Origin: Eledone cirrhosa
Lineage: Eukaryota
Reading direction: 5' to 3'
Length of the DNA: 64,000 bases
Assembly (NCBI GenBank): GCA_964016885.1
Contig: OZ024740.1
Coordinates: forward strand, 255,626,001 to 255,690,000
Part shown: positions 16,351-34,700 of the stretch, in pieces
How positions within the stretch are numbered: the first letter of the stretch is position 1
How the letters are laid out: each line of letters starts with the position of its first letter
Notes under the pieces: generated by a model
The model's database searches: none
What the model was told of the DNA's origin: nothing
Seen by the model: only the letters and a program-made list of their open reading frames with translations
Program-made: the position numbers and the translations under genes

Positions 16351-19300
16351 GATGGACATAGACATACATTAACACATGGACATAGACATACATTAACACA
16401 TGGACACAGACATACATTAACACATGGACATAGACATACATTAACACATGGACATAGACATACATTAACACATGGACATAGACATACATTAACACATGGA
16501 CACAGACATACGTTAACACATGGACATAGATATACGTTAACACATGGACATAGACATACATTAACACATGTACATAGACATACATTAACACATGTACATA
16601 GAGATACATTAACACGTGGACATAGACATACATTAACACATGTACATAGATATACATTAACACATGTACGTAGACATATATTAACACATGTACATAGACA
16701 TAAATTAACACATGTACATAGACATACATTAACACATGGACACAGACATACATTAACACATGGACACAGACATACATTAACACATGTACATAGACATACA
16801 TTAACACATGGACATAGACATACATTAACAGATGTACATAGACATACATTAACACATGGACACATCATACATTAACACATGGACATTGACATACATTAAC
16901 ACATGGATATAGATATACATTAACACATGGACATAGACATACATTAACACATGGACATAGACATACATTAACACATGGACACAGACATACATTACCACAT
17001 GGACACAGACATACATTAACTCATGTACATAGACATACATAAACATGTACATAGAGATACATTAACACATGGACATTGACATACATTAACACATGTACAT
17101 AGACATACATTGACACATGGACATAGAGATACATTACCACATGGACACAGACATACATTAACACATGGACATTGACATACATTAACACATGGACATAGAT
17201 ATACATTAACACATGGACATACATATACATTACCACATGGACACAGACATACATTAACACATGGACATTGACATACATTAACACATGGACATAGATATAC
17301 ATTAACACATGGACATACATATACATTAACACATGGACATAGACATACATTAAAACATGGACACAGACATACATTAACACATGGACATAGACATACATTA
17401 ACACATGTACATAGACATACATTAACACATGGACATAGACATAGATTAACACATGGACACAGACATACATTAACACATGGACACAGACATACATTAACAA
17501 ATGGAAATAGACATAAATTAACACATGTACATAGACATACATTAACACATGGACACAGACATACATTAACACATGTACATAGAGATACATTACCACATGG
17601 ATACAGACATACATTAACACATGGACATTGACATACATTAACACATGGACATAGATATACATTAACACATGGACATACATATACATTAACACATGGACAC
17701 AGACATACATTAACACATGTACATAGATATACATTAACACATGGATATAGACATACATTAACATATGTACATAGACATACATTAACACATGGACACAGAC
17801 ATACATTAACACATGGACATAGACATACATTAACACATGGACATAGACATACATTAACACATGTACATAGACATACATTAACACGTGAACATAGAGATAC
17901 ATTAACGAGTGGACATAGACATACATTAACACATGTACATAGATATACATTAACACATGTACATAGACATACATTAACACATGGTCATAGACATACATTA
18001 ACACATGGACACAGACATACATTAACACATGTACATAGACATACATTAACACATGGATATAGACATACATTAACAGATGTACATAGACATACATTAACAC
18101 ATGGACACAGTCATACATTAACACCTGGACACAGACATACATTAACACCCGGACATAGAGATACATTAACACATGGCATAGATATACATTAACACATGGA
18201 CATAGAGATACATTAACACATGGACATAGACATACATTAACAGATGGAAACAGACATACATTAACACATGCACATAGACATACATTAACACATGTACATA
18301 GACATACATTAACACATGCAGATAGACATACATTAACACATGTACATAGACATACATTAACGCATAGACATAGAGATACATTAACACATGGACATAGAGA
18401 TACATTAACACATGGACATAGACATACATTAACACATGGAAACAGACATACATTAACTCATGGACATAGACATACATTAACACATGTACATAGACATACA
18501 TTAACACATGGACATAGACATACATTAACACATGTACATAGACATACATTAACACATGGACACAGACATACATTAACACCCGGACATAGAGATACATTAA
18601 CACATGGACATAGATATACATTAACACATGGACATAGAGATACATTAACACATGAACATAGACATACATTAACAGATGGAAACAGACATACATTAACACA
18701 TGCACATAGACATACATTAACACATGTACATAGACATACATTAACACATGCACATAGACATACATTAACACATGTACATAGATATACATTAACACATGGA
18801 CATAGACATACATTAACACATGGACATAGACATACGTTAACACATGGACATAGAGATACATTAACACATGGATATAGACATACATTAACACATGGACATA
18901 GACATACATTAACACATGGACACAGACATACATTAACACACGGACATAGAGATACATTAACACATGGACATAGATATACATTAACACATGGACATAGAGA
19001 TACATTAACACATGTACATAGACATACATTAACACATGGAAACAGACATACATTAACACATGTACATAGAGATACATTAACACATGGACACATATATACA
19101 TTAACACATGTACATAGACATACATTAACACATGGACATAGACATACATTAACACATGGACACAGACATACATTAACACATGGACATAGACATACATTAA
19201 CACACGGACATAGAGATACATTAACACATGGACATAAACATACATTAACACATGGACATAGACATACATTAACACACGGACATGGACATACATTAACACA

Positions 19301-22300
19301 TGTACATATACATAAAATAACACATGTACATAGACATACATTAACACATGGACACAGACATACATTAACACATGGACACAGACATACATTTACACATGGA
19401 CACAGACATACATTAACACATGGACATAGACATATATTAACACATGGACATAGACATACATTAACACATGTACATAGACATACATTAACACATGAACATA
19501 GAGATACATTAACACGTGGACATAGACATACATAAACACATGTACATAGATATACATTAACACATGTACATAGACATACATTAACACATGTACATAGACA
19601 TAAATTAACACATGTACATAGACATACATTAACACATGGACATAGACATACATTAACACATGAACACAGACATACATTAACACATGTACATAGACATACA
19701 TTAACACATGGATATAGACATACATTAACAGATGTACATAGACATACATTAACACATGGACACAGTCATACATTAACACATGGGCATAGACATACATTAA
19801 CACATGAAAATAGACATACATTAACGCATAGACATAGAGATACATTAACACATGGACATAGAGATACATTAACACATGGACATAGACATACATTAACACA
19901 TGGAAACAGACATACATTAACACATGGACATGGAGATACATTAACAAATGTACATAGACATACATTAACATGAACACATAGACATACATATACATTAACA
20001 CACAGACATAGACATACATTAACACATGGACATAGACATACATTAACACATGGACACAGACATACATTAATACATGGACATAGACATACATTAACACATG
20101 GACACAGACATACATTAACACATAAACATAGACATACATTAACACATGTACATAGACATATATTAACACATGTACATAGACATACATTAACACATGGACA
20201 TAGACACACATTAACACATGGACATAGATATACATTAACACATGGACACAGACATACATTGCCACATGGACATAGATATACATTAACACATGTACATAGA
20301 CATACATTAACACATGGACATAGACATACATTAACACTTGAACATAGAGATACATCAACACGTGGACATAGACATACATTAACACATGTACATAGACATA
20401 CATTAACACATGAACATAGAGATACATTGACACGTGGACATAGACATACATTAACACATGTACATAGATATACATTAACACATGTACATAGACATACATT
20501 AACACATGTACATAGACATAAATTAACACATGTACATAGACATACATTAACACATGGACATAGACATACATTAACACATGAACACAGACATACATTAACA
20601 CATGTACATAGACATCCATTAACACATGGATATAGACATACATTAACAGATGTACATAGACATACATTAACACATGGACACAGTCATACATTAACACATG
20701 GGCATAGACATACATTAACACATGTACATAGACATACATTAACGCATAGACATAGAGATACATTAACACATGGACATAGAGATACATTAACACATGGACA
20801 TAGACATACATTAACACATGGAAACAGACATACATTAACACATGGACATAGAGATACATTAACACATGTACATAGACATACATTAACACATGGACATAGA
20901 CCTACATTAACACATGTACATAGACATACATTAACACATGGACACAGACATACATTAACACCCGGACATAGAGATACATTAACACATGGACATAGATATA
21001 CATTAACACATGGACATAGAGATACATTAACACATGGACATAGACATACATTAACAGATGGAAACAGGCATACATTAACACATGGACATAGACATACATT
21101 AACACATGTACATAGAGATGCATTAACACATGGACATAGACATACATTAACACATGGACATACATATACATTAACACATGGACATAGACATACATTAACA
21201 CATGGACACAGACATACATTAACACATGGACATAGACATACATTAACACATGGACATAGACATACATTAATACATGGACATAGACATAGATTAACACATG
21301 GACACAGACATACATTAACACATGGACACAGACATACATTAACAAATGGACATAGACATACATTAACACATGGACATATGCATACATTAACACATAGACA
21401 CGGAATATATTAACACATGGACATAGACATACATTAACACATGGACATAGACATACATTAACACATGTACATAGATATACGTTAACACATGTACATAGAG
21501 ATACATTAACACGCGGACATAGACATACATTAACACATGTACATAGATATACATTAACACATGTACATAGACATACATTAACACATGTACATAGACATAA
21601 ATTAACACATGTACATACACATACATTAACACATGGACACAGACATACATTAGCACATGGACACAGACATACATTAACACATGTACATAGATATACATTA
21701 ACACATGGATATAGACATACATTAACAGATGTACATAGACATACATTAACACATGGACACAGTCATACATTAACACATGGGTATAGACATACATTAACAC
21801 ATGTACATAGACATACATTAACACATGGACATAGATATACATTAACACATGGACATACATATACATTAACACATGGACATTGACATACATTAACACATGG
21901 ACACAGACATACATTAACACATGGACATAGACATACATTAACACATGGACATAGACATACATTAATACATGGACATAGACATAGATTAACACATGGACAC
22001 AGACATACATTAACACATGGACACAGACATACATTAACAAATGGACATAGACATACATTAACACATGGACATATACATACATTAACACATGGACACGGAC
22101 ATACATTAACACATGAACATAGACATACATTAACACATGGACATAGACATACATTAACACATGTACATAGACATACATTAACACATGGACATAGACACAC
22201 ATTAACACATGTACATAGACATACATTAACACATGGACACAGACATACATTAACACATGGACATAGACACACATTAACACATGGACATAGATATACATTA

Positions 22301-22780
22301 ACACATGGACACAGACATACATTAACACATGGACATAGATATACAATAACACATGGACATAGACATACATTAACACATGGACATAGACATACATTAACAC
22401 ATGGACACAGACATACGTTAACACATGGACATAGATATACGTTAACACATGGACATAGACATACATTAACACATGTACATAGACATACATTAACACATGT
22501 ACATAGAGATACATTAACACGTGGACATAGACATACATTAACACATGTACATAGATATACATTAACACATGTACATAGACATATATTAACACATGTACAT
22601 AGACATAAATTAACACATGTACATAGACATACATTAACACATGGACACAGACATACATTAACACATGGACACAGACATACATTAACACATGTACATAGAC
22701 ATACATTAACACATGGACATAGACATACATTAACAGATGTACATAGACAAACATTAACACATGGACACATCATACATTAA
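16350..22780 (+). repeat. Diverged paralogous copy of about 1200-6670 (subfamily I plus III blocks)
   Basis: The same rare variants appear in the same order: gtacgtag, the 22-bp cataaacatg monomer (~1810/~17040), aacgagtg (~2604/~17905), ggtcatag, acacctgg, cccgg and the 23-bp gccatag/ggcatag monomer (~2826/~18175). The offset grows from 15229 to 15349 to about 16027 through monomer gains and one 6-bp junction. Confidence 0.8.
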
Positions 22781-25700
22781 CACATGGACATTGACATACA
22801 TTAACACATGGATATAGATATACATTAACACATGGACATACATATACATTAACATATGGACATAGACATACATTAACACATGGACACAGACATACATTAA
22901 CACACGGACATAGACATACATTAACACATGGACATAGACATACATTAACACATGGACATAGACATACATTAATACATGGACATAGACATAGATTAACACA
23001 TGGACACAGACATACATTAACACATGGACACAGACATACATTAACAAATGGACATAGACATACATTAACACATGGACATATGCATACATTAACACATGGA
23101 CACGGAATATATTAACACATGGACATAGACATACATTAACACATGGACATAGACATACATTAACACATGTACATAGATATACGTTAACACATGTACATAG
23201 AGATACATTAACACGCGGACATAGACATACATTAACACATGTACATAGATATACATTAACACATGTACATAGACATACATTAACACATGTACATAGACAT
23301 AAATTAACACATGTACATAGACATACATTAACACATGGACACAGACATACATTATCACATGGACACAGACATACATTAACACATGTACATAGATATACAT
23401 TAACACATGGATATAGACATACATTAACAGATGTACATAGACATACATTAACACATGGACACAGTCATACATTAACACATGGGTATAGACATACATTAAC
23501 ACATGTACATAGACATACATTAACACATGGACATAGATATACATTAACACATGGACATACATATACATTAACACATGGACATTGACATACATTAACACAT
23601 GGACACAGACATACATTAACACATGGACATAGACATACATTAACACATGGACATAGACATACATTAATACATGGACATAGACATGGATTAACACATGGAC
23701 ACAGACATACATTAACACATGGACACAGACATACATTAACAAATGGACATAGACATACATTAACACATGGACATATACATACATTAACACATGGACACGG
23801 ACATACATTAACACATGAACGTAGACATACATTAACACATGTACATAGACATACATTAACACATGGACATAGACACACATTAACACATGTACATAGACAT
23901 ACATTAACACATGGACACAGACATACATTAACACATGGACATAGACACACATTAACACATGGACATAGATATACATTAACACATGGACACAGACATACAT
24001 TAACACATGGACATAGATATACAATAACACATGTACATAGACATACATTAACACATGGACATAGACATATATTAACACATGGACATAGACATACATTAAC
24101 ACATGGACATAGACATACATTAACACATGGACACAGACATACATTAACACATGGACATAGACATACATTAACACATGGACATAGACATACATTAACACAT
24201 GGACATAGACATACATTAACACATGGACACAGACATACGTTAACACATGGACATAGATATACGTTAACACATGGACATAGACATACATTAACACATGTAC
24301 ATAGACATACATTAACACATGTACATAGAGATACATTAACACGTGGACATAGACATACATTAACACATGTACATAGATATACATTAACACATGTACATAG
24401 ACATATATTAACACATGTACATAGACATAAATTAACAGATGTACATAGACATACATTAACACATGGACACAGACATACATTAACACATGGACACAGACAT
24501 ACATTAACACATGTACATAGACATACATTAACACATGGACATAGACATACATTAACATATGTACATAGACAAACATTAACACATGGACACATCATACATT
24601 AACACATGGACATTGACATACATTAACACATGGATATAGATATACATTAACACATGGACATACATATACATTAACACATGGACATAGACATACATTAACA
24701 CATGGACACAGACATACATTAACACACGGACATAGACATACATTAACACATGGACATAGACATACATTAACACATGGACATAGACATAAATTAATACATG
24801 GACATAGACATAGATTAACACATGGACACAGACATACATTAACAAATGGACATAGACATACATTAACACATGGACATATGCATACATTAACACATGGACA
24901 CGGAATACATTAACACATGGACATAGACATACATTAACACATGGACATAGACATACATTAACACATGTACATAGATATACGTTAACACATGTACATAGAG
25001 ATACATTAACACGCGGACATAGACATACATTAACACATGTACATAGATATACATTAACACATGTACATAGACATACATTAACACATGTACATAGACATAC
25101 ATTAACACATGGACACAGACATACATTAGCACATGGACACAGACATACATTAACACATGTACATAGATATACATTAACACATGGATATAGACATACATTA
25201 ACAGATGTACATAGACATACATTAACACATGGACACAGTCATACATTAACACATGGGTATAGACATACATTAACACATGTACATAGACATACATTAACAC
25301 ATGGACATAGATATACATTAACACATGGACATAGATATACATTAACACATGGACATTGACATACATTAACACATGGAAACAGACATACATTAACACATGG
25401 ACATAGACATACATTAACACATGGACATAGACATACATTAATACATGGACATAGACATAGATTAACACATGGACACAGACATACATTAACACATGGACAC
25501 AGACATACATTACCAAATGGACATAGACATACATTAACACATGGACATATACATACATTAACACATGGACACGGACATACATTAACACATGAACATAGAC
25601 ATACATTAAGACATGGACATAGACATACATTAACACATGTACATAGACATACATTAACACATGGACATAGACACACATTATCACATGTACATAGACATAC

Positions 25701-28700
25701 ATTAACACATGGACACGGACATACATTAACACATGAACATAGACATACATTAACACATGGACATAGACATACATTAACACATGTACATAGACATACATTA
25801 ACACATGGACATAGACACACATTAACACATGTACATAGACATACATTAACACATGGACACAGACATACATTAACACATGGACATAGACACACATTAACAC
25901 ATGGACACAGATATACATTAACACATGGACACAGACATACATTAACACATGGACATAGATATACGATAACACATGGACATAGACATACATTAACACATGG
26001 ACATAGACATACATTAACACATGGACACAGACATACGTTAACACATGGACATAGATATACGTTAACACATGGACATAGACATACATTAACACATGTACAT
26101 AGACATACATTAACACATGTACATAGAGATACATTAACACGTGGACATAGACATACATTAACACATGTACATAGATATACATTAACACATGTACATAGAC
26201 ATATATTAACACATGTACATAGACATAAATTAACACATGTACATAGACATACATTAACACATGGACACAGACATACATTAACACATGGACACAGACATAC
26301 ATTAACACATGTACATAGACATACATTAACACATGGACATAGACATACATTAACAGATGTACATAGACAAACATTAACACATGGACACATCATACATTAA
26401 CACATGGACATTGACATACTTTAACACATGGATATAGATATACATTAACACATGGACATACATATACATTAACATATGGACATAGACATACATTAACACA
26501 TGGACACAGACATACATTAACACACGGACATAGACATACATTAACACATGGACATAGACATACATTAACACATGGACATAGACATACATTAATACATGGA
26601 CATAGACATAGATTAACACATGGACACAGACATACATTAACACATGGACACAGACATACATTAACAAATGGACATAGACATACATTAACACATGGACATA
26701 TGCATACATTAACACATGGACACGGAATATATTAACACATGGACATAGACATACATTAACACATGGACATAGACATACATTAACACATGTACATAGATAT
26801 ACGTTAACACATGTACATAGAGATACATTAACACGCGGACATAGACATACATTAACACATGTACATAGATATACATTAACACATGTACATAGACATACAT
26901 TAACACATGTACATAGACATAAATTAACACATGTACATAGACATACATTAACACATGGACACAGACATACATTATCACATGGACACAGACATACATTAAC
27001 ACATGTACATAGATATACATTAACACATGGATATAGACATACATTAACAGATGTACATAGACATACATTAACACATGGACACAGTCATACATTAACACAT
27101 GGGTATAGACATACATTAACACATGTACATAGACATACATTAACACATGGACATAGATATACATTAACACATGGACATACATATACATTAACACATGGAC
27201 ATTGACATACATTAACACATGGACACAGACATACATTAACACATGGACATAGACATACATTAACACATGGACATAGACATACATTAATACATGGACATAG
27301 ACATGGATTAACACATGGACACAGACATACATTAACACATGGACACAGACATACATTAACAAATGGACATAGACATACATTAACACATGGACATATACAT
27401 ACATTAACACATGGACATAGACATACATTAACACATGTACATAGATATACGTTAACACATGTACATAGAGATACATTAACACGCGGACATAGACATACAT
27501 TAACACATGTACATAGACATACATTAACACATGGACACAGACATACATTAACACATGGACATAGACACACATTAACACATGGACATAGATATACATTAAC
27601 ACATGGACACAGACATACATTAACACATGGACATAGATATACAATAACACAGGTACATAGACATACATTAACACATGGACATAGACATATATTAACACAT
27701 GGACATAGACATACATTAACACATGGACATAGACATACATTAACACATGGACACAGACATACATTAACACATGGACATAGACATACATTAACACATGGAC
27801 ATAGACATACATTAACACATGGACATAGACATACATTAACACATGGACACAGACATACGTTAACACATGGACATAGATATACGTTAACACATGGACATAG
27901 ACATACATTAACACATGTACATAGACATACATTAACACATGTACATAGAGATACATTAACACGTGGACATAGACATACATTAACACATGTACATAGATAT
28001 ACATTAACACATGTACATAGACATATATTAACACATGTACATAGACATAAATTAACAGATGTACATAGACATACATTAACACATGGACACAGACATACAT
28101 TAACACATGGACACAGACATACATTAACACATGTACATAGACATACATTAACACATGGACATAGACATACATTAACATATGTACATAGACAAACATTAAC
28201 ACATGGACACATCATACATTAACACATGGGCATTGACATACATTAACACATGGATATAGATATACATTAACACATGGACATACATATACATTAACACATG
28301 GACATAGACATACATTAACACATGGACACAGACATACATTAACATACGGACATAGACATACATTAACACATGGACATAGACATACATTAACACATGGACA
28401 TAGACATAAATTAATACATGGACATAGACATAGATTAACACATGGACACAGACATACATTAACACATGGACACAGACATACATTAACAAATGGACATAGA
28501 CATACATTAACACATGGACATATGCATACATTAACACATGGACACGGAATACATTAACACATGGACATAGACATACATTAACACATGGACATAGACATAC
28601 ATTAACACATGGACACAGACATACATTAGCACATGGACACAGACATACATTAACACATGTACATAGATATACATTAACACATGTACATAGACATACATTA

Positions 28701-31700
28701 ACACATGTACATAGACATACATTAACACATGGACACAGACATACATTAGCACATGGACACAGACATACATTAACACATGTACATAGATATACATTAACAC
28801 ATGGATATAGACATACATTAACAGATGTACATAGACATACATTAACACATGGACACAGTCATACATTAACACATGGGTATAGACATACATTAACACATGT
28901 ACATAGACATACATTAACACATGGACATAGATATACATTAACACATGGACATACATATACATTAACACATGGACATTGACATACATTAACACATGGAAAC
29001 AGACATACATTAACACATGGACATAGACATACATTAACACATGGACATAGACATACATTAATACATGGACATAGACATAGATTAACACATGGACACAGAC
29101 ATACATTAACACATGGACACAGACATACATTACCAAATGGACATAGACATACATTAACACATGGACATATACATACATTAACACATGGACACGGACATAC
29201 ATTAACACATGAACATAGACATACATTAAGACATGGACATAGACATACATTAACACATGTACATAGACATACATTAACACATGGACATAGACACACATTA
29301 TCACATGTACATAGACATACATTAAGACATGGACACGGACATACATTAACACATGAACATAGACATACATTAACACATGGACATAGACATACATTAACAC
29401 ATGTACATAGACATACATTAACACATGGACATAGACACACATTAACACATGTACATAGACATACATTAACACATGGACACAGACATACATTAACACATGG
29501 ACATAGACACACATTAACACATGGACATAGATATACATTAACACATGGACACAGACATACATTAACACATGGACATAGATATACAATAACACATGGACAT
29601 AGACATACATTAACACATGGACATAGACATACATTAACACATGGACACAGACATACGTTAACACATGGACATAGATATACGTTAACACATGGACATAGAC
29701 ATACATTAACACATGTACATAGACATACATTAACACATGTACATAGAGATACATTAACACGTGGACATAGACATACATTAACACATGTACATAGATATAC
29801 ATTAACACATGTACATAGACATATATTAACACATGTACATAGACATAAATTAACACATGTACATAGACATACATTAACACATGGACACAGACATACATTA
29901 ACACATGGACACAGACATACATTAACACATGTACATAGACATACATTAACACATGGACACATCATACATTAACACATGGACATTGACATACATTAACACA
30001 TGGATATAGATATACATTAACACATGGACATACATATACATTAACATATGGACATAGACATACATTAACACATGGACACAGACATACATTAACACACGGA
30101 CATAGACATACATTAACACATGGACATAGACATACATTAACACATGGACATAGACATACATTAACAGATGTACATAGACAAACATTAACACATGGACACA
30201 TCATACATTAACACATGGACATTGACATACATTAACACATGGATATAGATATACATTAACACATGGACATACATATACATTAACATATGGACATAGACAT
30301 ACATTAACACATGGACACAGACATACATTAACACACGGACATAGACATACATTAACACATGGACATAGACATACATTAACACATGGACATAGACATACAT
30401 TAATACATGGACATAGACATAGATTAACACATGGACACAGACATACATTAACACATGGACACAGACATACATTAACAAATGGACATAGACATACATTAAC
30501 ACATGGACATATGCATACATTAACACATGGACACGGAATATATTAACACATGGACATAGACATACATTAACACATGGACATAGACATACATTAACACATG
30601 TACATAGATATACGTTAACACATGTACATAGAGATACATTAACACGCGGACATAGACATACATTAACACATGTACATAGATATACATTAACACATGTACA
30701 TAGACATACATTAACACATGTACATAGACATAAATTAACACATGTACATAGACATACATTAACACATGGACACAGACATACATTAACACATGTACATAGA
30801 CATACATTAACACATGGACATAGACATACATTAACATATGTACATAGACAAACATTAACACATGGACACATCATACATTAACACATGGACATTGACATAC
30901 ATTAACACATGGATATAGATATACATTAACACATGGACATACATATACATTAACACACGGACATAGACATACATTAACACACGGACATAGACATACATTA
31001 ACACATGGACATAGACATACATTAACACATGGACATAGACATAAATTAATACATGGACATAGACATAGATTAACACATGGACACAGACATACATTAACAC
31101 ATGGACACAGACATACATTAACAAATGGACATAGACATACATTAACACATGGACATATGCATACATTAACACGTGGACACGTAATACATTAACACATGGA
31201 CATAGACATACATTAACACATGGACATAGACATACATTAACACATGTACATAGATATACGTTAACACATGTACATAGAGATACATTAACACGCGGACATA
31301 GACATACATTAACACATGTACATAGATATACATTAACACATGTACATAGACATACATTAACACATGTACATAGACATACATTAACACATGGACACAGACA
31401 TACATTAGCACATGGACACAGACATACATTAACACATGTACATAGATATACATTAACACATGGATATAGACATACATTAACAGATGTACATAGACATACA
31501 TTAACACATGGACACAGTCATACATTAACACATGGGTATAGACATACATTAACACATGTACATAGACATACATTAACACATGGACATAGATATACATTAA
31601 CACATGGACATACATATACATTAACACATGGACATTGACATACATTAACACATGGAAACAGACATACATTAACACATGGACATAGACATACATTAACACA

Positions 31701-34700
31701 TGGACATAGACATACATTAATACATGGACATAGACATAGATTAACACATGGACACAGACATACATTAACACATGGACACAGACATACATTACCAAATGGA
31801 CATAGACATACATTAACACATGGACATATACATACATTAACACATGGACACGGACATAAATTAACACATGAACATAGACATACATTAAGACATGGACATA
31901 GACATACATTAACACATGTACATAGACATACATTAACACATGGACATAGACACACATTATCACATGTACATAGACATACATTAACACATGGACACAGACA
32001 TACATTAACACATGGACATAGACACACATTAACACATGGACATAGATATACATTAACACATGGACACAGACATACATTAACACATGGACATAGATATACA
32101 ATAACACATGTACATAGACATACATTAACACATGGACATAGACATATATTAACACATGGACATAGACATACATTAACACATGGACATAGACATACATTAA
32201 CACATGGACACAGACATACATTAACACATGGACATAGACATACATTAACACATGGACATAGACATACATTAACACATGGACATAGACATACATTAACACA
32301 TGGACACAGACATACGTTAACACATGGACATAGATATACATTAACACATGGACATAGACATACATTAACACATGTACATAGACATACATTAACACATGTA
32401 CATAGAGATACATTAACACGTGGACATAGACATACATTAACACATGTACATAGATATACATTAACACATGTACATAGACATATATTAACACATGTTCATA
32501 GACATAAATTAACACATGTACATAGACATACATTAACACATGGACACAGACATACATTAACACATGGACACAGACATACATAAACACATGTACATAGACA
32601 TACATTAACACATGGACATAGACATATATTAACAGATGTACATAGACAAACATTAACACATGGACACATCATACATTAACACATGGACATTGACATACAT
32701 TAACACATGGATATAGATATACATTAACACATGGACATACATATCCATTAACACATGGACATAGACATACATTAACACATGGACACAGACATACATTAAC
32801 ACACGGACATAGACATACATTAACACATGGACACAGACATACATTAACACATGGACATAGACATACATTAACACATGGACATAGACATACATTAACACAT
32901 GGACATAGACATACATTAACACATGGACACAGACATACGTTAACACATGGACATAGATATACGTTAACACATGGACATAGACATACATTAACACATGTAC
33001 ATAGACATACATTAACACATGTACATAGAGATACATTAACACGTGGACATAGACATACATTAACACATGTACATAGATATACATTAACACATGTACATAG
33101 ACATATATTAACACATGTACATAGACATAAATTAACAGATGTACATAGACATACATTAACACATGGACACAGACATACATTAACACATGGACACAGACAT
33201 ACATTAACACATGTACATAGACATACATTAACACATGGACATAGACATACATTAACATATGTACATAGACAAACATTAACACATGGACACATCATACATT
33301 AACACATGGACATTGACATACATTAACACATGGATATAGATATACATTAACACATGGACATACATATACATTAACACACGGACATAGACATACATTAACA
33401 CACGGACATAGACATACATTAACACATGGACATAGACATACATTAACACATGGACATAGACATAAATTAATACATGGACATAGACATAGATTAACACATG
33501 GACACAGACATACATTAACACATGGACACAGACATACATTAACAAATGGACATAGACATACATTAACACATGGACATATGCATACATTAACACATGGACA
33601 CGTAATACATTAACACATGGACATAGACATACATTAACACATGGACATAGACATACATTAACACATGTACATAGATATACGTTAATACATGTACATAGAG
33701 ATACATTAACACGCGGACATAGACATACATTAACACATGTACATAGATATACATTAACACATGTACATAGACATACATTAACACATGTACATAGACATAC
33801 ATTAACACATGGACACAGACATACATTAGCACATGGACACAGACATACATTAACACATGTACATAGATATACATTAACACATGGATATAGACATACATTA
33901 ACAGATGTACATAGACATACATTAACACATGGACACAGTCATACATTAACACATGGGTATAGACATACATTAACACATGTACATAGACATACATTAACAC
34001 ATGGACATAGATATACATTAACACATGGACATACATATACATTAACACATGGACATTGACATACATTAACACATGGAAACAGACATACATTAACACATGG
34101 ACATAGACATACATTAACACATGGACATAGACATACATTAATACATGGACATAGACATAGATTAACACATGGACACAGACATACATTAACACATGGACAC
34201 AGACATACATTACCAAATGGACATAGACATACATTAACACATGGACATATACATACATTAACACATGGACACGGACATAAATTAACACATGAACATAGAC
34301 ATACATTAAGACATGGACATAGACATACATTAACACATGTACATAGACATACATTAACACATGGACATAGACACACATTATCACATGTACATAGACATAC
34401 ATTAACACATGGACACAGACATACATTAACACATGGACATAGACACACATTAACACATGGACATAGATATACATTAACACATGGACACAGACATACATTA
34501 ACACATGGACATAGATATACAATAACACATGTACATAGACATACATTAACACATGGACATAGACATATATTAACACATGGACATAGACATACATTAACAC
34601 ATGGACATAGACATACATTAACACATGGACACAGACATACATTAACACATGGACATAGACATACATTAACACATGGACATAGACATACATTAACACATGG

